A stretch of 64,000 bases of DNA, taken from NCBI GenBank assembly GCA_028286605.1, contig JAQBRE010000002.1, forward strand, positions 464,065 through 528,064, written 5' to 3'. How positions within the stretch are numbered: the stretch's first letter is position 1; every line of letters begins with the position of its first letter. Of the stretch, positions 57,410 to 64,000 are shown piece by piece. The position numbers were made by a program, and so were the translations under genes. The notes beneath the pieces were generated by a model. It was not told the origin of the DNA and searched no databases. It saw only the letters and a list, made by a program, of their open reading frames with translations. Source of the DNA: Parcubacteria group bacterium (GTDB taxonomy: Bacteria > Patescibacteriota > Minisyncoccia > Phycocordibacterales > Phycocordibacteraceae).

Positions 57410-58744
57410 ATGGCGGCAAAAGCAGCAACAAAATCAGCCAGGAAAGCTGCTCCAACAGCATCAACTATTCCCGGCATCACCTTCGTACAAGAACTCGAAG
57501 GTATCAAGGAATACACGCTCACCAGCAACGGCCTGCGTATCCTTCTCGTTCCCGATGATTCTGTACCGGTCGCAGGCGTGATGATCACCTATCATGTCGG
57601 TTCTCGAAACGAAGCCATCGGATATACCGGCGCAACGCACCTTCTTGAACACCTTATGTTCAAGGGCTCGGAAAAGTTCAATCGTGAGAATGGAAACTTA
57701 ATGGAAATAACTATCGAGTCGCTCGGCGGCATGCTGAACGCGACTACTTGGTTCGATCGTACGAATTACTATTCCATCGTTCCCGCAAGCAGCGTTCATC
57801 TGCCTATCGAGATCGAAGCTGATCGCATGCGTACCGCACGTATAACGGAGAAAGATCGTGCAAGCGAGATGCCGATCGTCCGTAATGAATATGAGCGTGG
57901 CGAGAATAATCCAATGGAAGCGCTCGATAAAGAGATGTGGTCCGCAGCATTCCTTGCGCATCCGTATCACCATTCGACCATTGGATGGAAGAGTGACATC
58001 GAGGGAGTTTCCATAGAACGACTCAATCAGTTTTACAATGATTTCTACTGGCCGAATAACGCAACGCTGACCGTAACTGGAAAGTTCGATGAACTCGCCA
58101 TCCTGAAGCTCGTAAAGAAAGAATTCGGCCAGCATACGAAATCTCCGAAACCGTTTCCGGCGATGTATACCGAAGAGCCGCCGCAGCAAGGCCAGCGCCG
58201 CGTGATAGTGAAGCGATCAGGTACGAACATGATTGCTATCGCGCACAAGATACCGAACGCGCATCATGCCGATATTCCTGCGTTGCTCGTCCTCACGAAT
58301 GTGCTCGCCGGAGGCGATACGAGCCGTCTGTATCGTGCGTTCGTTGATTCCGCTAAGGCCACGGATGCAAGCACGTACTGCTATGAGCTGCATGATCCTT
58401 CTCTTTTCCTTTCCTATATAACGCTAACGCCGAAAACAACGCATGCGGAAGGCGAGAAGATTCTTCTTCGTGAGTATGCAGCAATAAAAGAAAAGGGGAT
58501 TACCGCCGCAGAGCTGGCGCGTGCGAAGCGCGCCGTTCGCAGGTTCATTGCCAGCCGTCGTGACGGCGCATACGCATTCCTCTCGAGCCTGAATGAAGAC
58601 CTTGCGACAGGCGACTGGACGCGATTCGCGAAACAGCCGGAACAGATAATGAATGTAACCGCAGCAGATGTGAAGCGCGTCGCGAATACGTATTTCAATG
58701 AAGATCAGTCCGTATTCGGCCAGTTCATCGCAACCAACTCATAA
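57410..58744 (+). CDS. M16 zinc peptidase, catalytic subunit
   Basis: HLLEHLMFKG; NATT..DRTNY; HPY; FY...Y.PNNA. Confidence 0.93.
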   Translation: MAAKAATKSARKAAPTASTIPGITFVQELEGIKEYTLTSNGLRILLVPDDSVPVAGVMITYHVGSRNEAIGYTGATHLLEHLMFKGSEKFNRENGNLMEITIESLGGMLNATTWFDRTNYYSIVPASSVHLPIEIEADRMRTARITEKDRASEMPIVRNEYERGENNPMEALDKEMWSAAFLAHPYHHSTIGWKSDIEGVSIERLNQFYNDFYWPNNATLTVTGKFDELAILKLVKKEFGQHTKSPKPFPAMYTEEPPQQGQRRVIVKRSGTNMIAIAHKIPNAHHADIPALLVLTNVLAGGDTSRLYRAFVDSAKATDASTYCYELHDPSLFLSYITLTPKTTHAEGEKILLREYAAIKEKGITAAELARAKRAVRRFIASRRDGAYAFLSSLNEDLATGDWTRFAKQPEQIMNVTAADVKRVANTYFNEDQSVFGQFIATNS

Positions 58745-58748
58745 CACT

Positions 58749-60029
58749 ATGGAACCTATCGCTTCAAACGTAACTGAACTGGAACTCGCCGATGGTGTTC
58801 GCATCTTCATCGCACCAACAAAAGCGAAAGATGTCGTAACCCTGCAGGGAAGCGTCTTAGGTGGCATGCTCATGCTGCCGCGCGGAAAAGAAATAACTCA
58901 GGCACTTGCCGTTGAACTCCTGGACGCTGGAACGGTAGAAAAAACCAAAGATCAAATTCGCGAGGCTCTTGCTGCGCGCGGCATAGGCCTTTCATTCTCG
59001 TCAGGCACCGATCGTACTTTTTTCTCTGGTTCCTGCCTTCCGGAAGACTTTTCATTCTTACTAAAGACGATAGTTGAGTGCCTCACCGGCGCGACATTTC
59101 CTACGAAAGAAATCGCACTCGCTAAGGAGCGTATGCGCGGCGAACTAGAAGAAGGAAAAACTGACACGAACTTCCGCGCCACCATCGCGCTGAGCAGGAT
59201 GATGTATGACCCGTCACATATCAATTACGCAGACACCATCGAGGAGCGAATAAAATTTCTTAATTCAATTACACGCGCAGAACTTCTTGCATTCCGAAAG
59301 ATGCTCGGTCGCGAAGGACTCGTGATTTCCGTTGCGGGAGACATCACGCCAGCATCTGCCGAACGCTCTATTCGTTCAGCAATCGAGAAGCTACCTAAGG
59401 GTACGACTGAAACGCCAGTGCGAAAACTTAATCAGAAGAGGCCAGAGGCAAAAGAGCTGCTCGTGCCTATTACTGACAAAGCGAATATCGATACGTATCT
59501 CGGAGTCGCGCTTCCAATTAATTACGACCATCCGTTATATCTCGCCTTCACTATATTCAACAGCATGCTCGGTGCGCGTGGCCTCTCAAGCGGCCACCTA
59601 ATGAGCACAATCCGTGAACGTGATGGCTTAACCTATGGCATTTATGTGCGTGCGGGCGGATTTGGCGCTCTAAGTGAAGGGTTCTTTCGTATCTGGGCAA
59701 CTTTCTCTCCTGCGACATTCAAGGTGGCTGTAGAGAAAACTCGTAAGGAAATTTCTATATTCCTAAAAACGAAGCTCACAGAACAAGGGCTTCTTGCGCG
59801 ACAGGATCAATTCGCAGGTTCCTACGTTGTCGGGCTTTCAACGACCAATGGCCTTGCGTCGACCCTGCATAGCATCGGTATCGAAGGAAAGCCGCTCTCT
59901 TATATCGACGCGTATCCGGATTTAATCCGTGCCGTTACGCTAGACGACTTGAAAGCAGTCGCGAAACTCATTCCATTCGACAAGCTTTCACTCGCTGCGT
60001 CAGGAAGTTTTGACACAAAGGCGAAGTAG
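58749..60029 (+). CDS. M16 peptidase partner subunit (no HxxEH)
   Basis: M16 fold motifs; IRERDGLTYG; adjacent to the catalytic subunit. Confidence 0.88.
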   Translation: MEPIASNVTELELADGVRIFIAPTKAKDVVTLQGSVLGGMLMLPRGKEITQALAVELLDAGTVEKTKDQIREALAARGIGLSFSSGTDRTFFSGSCLPEDFSFLLKTIVECLTGATFPTKEIALAKERMRGELEEGKTDTNFRATIALSRMMYDPSHINYADTIEERIKFLNSITRAELLAFRKMLGREGLVISVAGDITPASAERSIRSAIEKLPKGTTETPVRKLNQKRPEAKELLVPITDKANIDTYLGVALPINYDHPLYLAFTIFNSMLGARGLSSGHLMSTIRERDGLTYGIYVRAGGFGALSEGFFRIWATFSPATFKVAVEKTRKEISIFLKTKLTEQGLLARQDQFAGSYVVGLSTTNGLASTLHSIGIEGKPLSYIDAYPDLIRAVTLDDLKAVAKLIPFDKLSLAASGSFDTKAK

Positions 60030-60339
60030 GGTTATAAAGAAAACTGGTGCAATACAAGGGATACGAGTAGTGTCAGGAAAACTTCTTTCACCAAATGTGG
60101 TGACTAAGCTGAAACGCCAGAAGAATCGACTGAGCAATCCGGCGGGCCTTGCTCCTGATGTGTTGAAAAACCGCGAAAGCATTATGGAAAATATTGAGTT
60201 CCGTCTTCGGCAACACATGAGGGCTGAAAAACGCAGTACGCGAGCAGAGCGGCATCAGTCCGCCTGACAAGTCCCGAAGGAGTCCCGACTCCGCTCGGGG
60301 CTTCTTCATTTATATACGTCTCGTGGTATCTTCATCTCT

Positions 60340-62406
60340 ATGACTGTTTCAGAAGTACGCAAGCGATTCCTCGATTTCTACGCGGCTCGGGGCCACGTGA
60401 TCATCCCGTCCGCGCCTATCGTGCCTGGCAATGACCCCACCACGCTCTTCACCTCTTCGGGGATGCAGCCGCTGGTGCCGTACCTGCTTGGGAAGGATCA
60501 TCCAGCAGGGGTTCGCCTCGCGAACTCCCAGATGAGCTTCCGTGCAGGAGACATCGAAGAGGTCGGCGACAACCGCCACACTACATTCTTCGAGATGCTC
60601 GGTAACTGGTCACTTGGTGACTATTTCAAGGAAAAACAACTTCCTTGGTTGTTTGATTTTTTAACAGATGAAGAACTTGGATTGGGATTAGATATTGATA
60701 AGCTTTTTGTCACAGTATTTGCTGGCGATACTGAAAGTGGAATGAAAGCAGATAACGAATCTGTCGAGATATGGAAAGAGCTTTTCAAAGCAAAAAATAT
60801 TGATGCGCATTTTTCTGATGTTGGTTCCGAAACGAATGGTTATAAGAAGGGTATGTGGAGCGATGAAAATGCTCCAGACGCACAAATGACCAAGGCACGA
60901 ATTTTTGCATATGACGCGAAGAAAAACTGGTGGAGTCGCGCAGGCATTCCAAGCAATATGCCCGCGGGGGAGCCAGGTGGTCCAGATTCTGAAGTTTTCT
61001 ATGACTTTATGCCGAACTCTGGTTTTGATGGTGGTCATGCAACTCTTGATTCAGCAAAAATATGGGGAGTAAATTGCCATCCGAATTGCGATTGCGGTCG
61101 TTTCATAGAAATAGGTAACTCGGTGTTTATGCAGTTCGTAAAAAATCAAGACGGATCATTCTCAAATCTTCCGAAGCAGAATGTCGACTTTGGCGGAGGT
61201 CTTGAGCGACTCGCTGCTGCAACAAATAACGATGCTGATGTCTTTAATATTGATGTCTTCGCCTCTGCAAAGGCTCAAATTGCTTCTTTAACTGGTGTCT
61301 CCTATTCGGACAATGGTGGTCCATCAGAAAATCCGAGTGGGATTATAGTAATTGGCAAAGAAAATCCTGTGGGCATGCCAGCAGGTACTATGCGATTCTT
61401 CTATCGTGTAATTCTTGATCACTTACGCGCATCAACATTCCTTATCGCAGGAAGTGTACAGCCAAGCAAAAGCGATCAGGGCTACGTGGTACGACGTCTC
61501 CTTCGTAGAGCAATACGCTTTTCCGATAATCTTGCTATTCCCGCAGGAAATCTTTCAAAGATAGCAAGTATTTATGTTCATGAATATGAGCAGGCCTATC
61601 CTATATTGCTGGAGCACCATAAAACTATTGTTGAAACGATAGAGAAGGAAGAGGAGGATTTCAGAATCATTTTAAAGCGTGAAGGTGCCAGGCTAGACAA
61701 TGCCTTACAGGAAGCCATTTTCAATGGAGGTGTTTTGGATGCCCAAATTGCTTTTCAGTTCGCAACTACACACGGATATCCATTCGAGATGATTGTTGAG
61801 CAGGCTCAAGAAAGAGGTGTCAGAATTGACCGAGACGCTTTTGAAAGTTTAATGGAGCAGCATCAGGAAACATCGCGCGCCGGAGGCGCGCAGCGTTTCG
61901 CAGGCGGCCTTGCAGACCATGCAGAGCAGACGGTCCGCTACCACACCACGCATCACATCCTTCTTGCCGCGCTTCAGCAAGTGCTCGGCCCCGAAGTGAA
62001 GCAGCGCGGCTCCAATATTACGAGCGAACGTCTTCGTATCGACTTCTCTTCACCCGGCAAGATGACGGACGAGCAGAAAGCAGAAGTTGAGCGCATCGTG
62101 AACGAAGTTATCTATCAGGATCTTCCTGTATCGCGCACGGTGATGCCAAAAGAGGAAGCAGAGAAACTTGGTGCACAGATGGAGTTCGGCGTTAAGTATC
62201 CCGACATGGTCTCGGTCTATTCGGTGGGCCCTATCCACGCAACGGAAGAGAACCCTGATATTCCGAACGCATTCTCACTTGAGTTCTGCGGCGGTCCGCA
62301 CGTTTCAAATACGAAAGAGATTCACGAAGGCGGCACGCATTTCAAGATTCAGAAAGAGGAAGCAGTGGCAGCCGGTATTCGTCGCATCAAGGCGGTAATT
62401 GCCTAA
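60340..62406 (+). CDS. alaS: Alanyl-tRNA synthetase lacking the C-Ala domain
   Basis: DPTTLFTSSGMQ; HTTFFEMLGNWS; DFGGGLER; HTTHH; CGGPHV; GIRRIKA end. Confidence 0.97.
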   Translation: MTVSEVRKRFLDFYAARGHVIIPSAPIVPGNDPTTLFTSSGMQPLVPYLLGKDHPAGVRLANSQMSFRAGDIEEVGDNRHTTFFEMLGNWSLGDYFKEKQLPWLFDFLTDEELGLGLDIDKLFVTVFAGDTESGMKADNESVEIWKELFKAKNIDAHFSDVGSETNGYKKGMWSDENAPDAQMTKARIFAYDAKKNWWSRAGIPSNMPAGEPGGPDSEVFYDFMPNSGFDGGHATLDSAKIWGVNCHPNCDCGRFIEIGNSVFMQFVKNQDGSFSNLPKQNVDFGGGLERLAAATNNDADVFNIDVFASAKAQIASLTGVSYSDNGGPSENPSGIIVIGKENPVGMPAGTMRFFYRVILDHLRASTFLIAGSVQPSKSDQGYVVRRLLRRAIRFSDNLAIPAGNLSKIASIYVHEYEQAYPILLEHHKTIVETIEKEEEDFRIILKREGARLDNALQEAIFNGGVLDAQIAFQFATTHGYPFEMIVEQAQERGVRIDRDAFESLMEQHQETSRAGGAQRFAGGLADHAEQTVRYHTTHHILLAALQQVLGPEVKQRGSNITSERLRIDFSSPGKMTDEQKAEVERIVNEVIYQDLPVSRTVMPKEEAEKLGAQMEFGVKYPDMVSVYSVGPIHATEENPDIPNAFSLEFCGGPHVSNTKEIHEGGTHFKIQKEEAVAAGIRRIKAVIA

Positions 62407-62435
62407 GAAATATTTAGCGTTCGATTCCCAGCAGC

Positions 62436-62897
62436 ATGCATAAAATACTCTTGCTCATACTAGTGGCTTTAGTGCTGTGCGGTATGGGCTACGAATACGT
62501 TGTCTCGCACCAAGCGTTTCCTCCTAAATCGAACGTGTGCTTCGAGATGCTCACGAGCTCTCTTGAAGTAGCGAAATCGAATCCTGCTATTAGGGTTCCT
62601 AATTTTTCTCTAGATTCCATACGATATATTCGTTGTGCTGCAATACCTGGCATAACCAATTTCACTATTGCCGGGATCGATTCATTTGGAAAAGAGTTCC
62701 GCATCTACGAAACGGTCGGGGGCAGGGCAGCGTCAGGAGGTGATAGCATTCTTGATTACTGCTATACGCAGGATGGAAAAATCATATCCCAAATTCGCAT
62801 CACGGGACACGAAGGAAAGCACTCAAATTCCGCATGTATCTATGATGAGTCTCTTCTTGCTCACCCTGTAACATATGAATACGGATTGACCAAATAA
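62436..62897 (+). CDS. Secreted or membrane-anchored hypothetical protein
   Basis: N-terminal hydrophobic helix; AT-rich; several Cys. Confidence 0.6.
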   Translation: MHKILLLILVALVLCGMGYEYVVSHQAFPPKSNVCFEMLTSSLEVAKSNPAIRVPNFSLDSIRYIRCAAIPGITNFTIAGIDSFGKEFRIYETVGGRAASGGDSILDYCYTQDGKIISQIRITGHEGKHSNSACIYDESLLAHPVTYEYGLTK

Positions 62898-62971
62898 GCA
62901 GCAACAATTCATACAAAAATTGATAACTAGGTATAGAATGGAAAATATCATTCATAATTAACTGATTACCT

Positions 62972-63322
62972 ATGAACAAGTATTTCGTGTTGTTTGGCAT
63001 TCCTGCTGCATCGATTCAGGAGTGGATGACGAACGTTGATGAAGCGACGCGCAAAGAACAGATGGATAAGATGATGATCGATTGGGAGACGTGGATGACG
63101 GCGCATGCGGATGCGATTCTTGATAAGGGTCTTCCGCTCGGAAAGACGAAGCGCGTTGATGCGAATGGTGTGAGCGACATTAAGAATGATTTGAACTGGT
63201 ACCTACTCGTACAGGCAGAATCACATGAAGCAGCGGCAGCGATGTTCGTAGGTCATCCGCATCTAGTGGAGATTCCAAGCGCATACGCCGAAATAATGGA
63301 TGCGAACCGAATGGGAATGTAG
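62972..63322 (+). CDS. YCII-related protein
   Basis: W..W.......D.G.PLG...V; LVQAESHEAA......HPH. Confidence 0.7.
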   Translation: MNKYFVLFGIPAASIQEWMTNVDEATRKEQMDKMMIDWETWMTAHADAILDKGLPLGKTKRVDANGVSDIKNDLNWYLLVQAESHEAAAAMFVGHPHLVEIPSAYAEIMDANRMGM

Positions 63323-63397
63323 GTTCTTGTCCTCACGGATTCTTAATCGAGGTAGTGCTTTTATGGTGGACGTACCCGCTTAACTAAACACACTTGT

Positions 63398-63643
63398 ATG
63401 GGAATTATTCTTTGGATTGTATTCGGTGCTATCGCTGGTTGGATCGCTTCGATGATCGTTAAGAGCAATCAGGGCCTTCTGATCGATATCATTGTGGGTA
63501 TCGTCGGTGCGCTTATCGGTGGCTGGATCATGAGCCTTCTGGGTTACGGCGGCGTGAGCGGCTTCAATATCTACAGCCTCCTCGTTGCAATCCTCGGTGC
63601 AGTCGTCCTTCTGGTTATCGTGAAGGCGATTCGACGCGCGTAA
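63398..63643 (+). CDS. GlsB/YeaQ/YmgE transglycosylase-associated membrane protein
   Basis: WIVFGAIAGWIAS; IIVGIVGALIGG; LVAILGAVVLL. Confidence 0.92.
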   Translation: MGIILWIVFGAIAGWIASMIVKSNQGLLIDIIVGIVGALIGGWIMSLLGYGGVSGFNIYSLLVAILGAVVLLVIVKAIRRA

Positions 63644-63661
63644 TCGCGGTTCCTTGTGTGC

Positions 63662-63695
63662 GGAATGGCGCAGGCATAGCCTGCGCCATTCCTTT
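63662..63695 (+). terminator. Intrinsic terminator
   Basis: GGAATGGCGCAGGC-ATA-GCCTGCGCCATTCC then TTT. Confidence 0.75.
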
Positions 63696-63719
63696 ATCCA
63701 AATACGATAGAATACTCCT

Positions 63720-64000
63720 ATGCAAATAAAAGAACTCGGACACGTCGTGCTCTATGTTACAGATGCCACGACGATGGCAGATTTCTATCGCGACACGCTC
63801 GGCTTCAGACAGATCGCACGTGAGCCGGGCATCGCTATCTTCTCTGGCGGACGTACGCATCACGAGATGCTGATGATTGAAGTGGGAGGGAAGCCAAAGC
63901 CTGCGCATGCGCCAGAACCGGGGTTGTATCACATTGGCTTCAAGATAGGAGATAGCACCGAAGATGTAAAGAAAGCATTCAACGAGTTACGGGCACAGAA
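63720..64000 (+). CDS. VOC/glyoxalase family protein, truncated by the window edge
   Basis: MQIKELGHVVLYV.D......FYRDTLGF; THHE; GLYHIGFK. Confidence 0.88.
   Translation, partial: MQIKELGHVVLYVTDATTMADFYRDTLGFRQIAREPGIAIFSGGRTHHEMLMIEVGGKPKPAHAPEPGLYHIGFKIGDSTEDVKKAFNELRAQ

Noticed and set aside
60010-60267. 85-aa basic ORF before alaS
   Set aside because: The start is ambiguous, it overlaps the M16 gene and no motif is recognisable. A shorter real ORF is possible because a terminator follows, but I could not support a call.

Overview
This 64-kb window looks like chromosome from a Patescibacteria (CPR, Parcubacteria-like) genome using the standard code 11; the taxonomy is inferred from gene content and the reduced forms of several proteins. 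The core scaffold carries the F1Fo ATP synthase operon (short epsilon), ychF, leuS (with a NUDIX insert), lexA, an ABC exporter pair, def/fmt, a degenerate priA, murA, mreB, holB, mltG, mnmA, ung, an M16 peptidase pair, alaS and tRNA-Asn(GTT). Many self-contained accessory genes sit between the core genes. Two repeated architectures stand out. (1) Integrase-free single-gene cassettes bounded by a tRNA-3'-end-like site and a conserved att-like arm occur after ychF, after mltG and downstream of tRNA-Asn. (2) Three putative RNase genes (one NYN, two BECR-like) each converge on a promoter-driven structured small RNA and share a bidirectional terminator, suggesting an RNA-antitoxin system. Other points of interest are a ~160-nt rod-shaped ncRNA between priA and def, two alphaproteobacterial-type PEP-CTERM genes and a beta-barrel-like gene in a presumed monoderm, an LPNTG protein in frame with its class F sortase, and a split between leaderless core genes and Shine-Dalgarno-led accessory genes. 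No CRISPR array, rRNA, transposase or integrase was seen. All family assignments come from reading motifs by eye; no searches were run.
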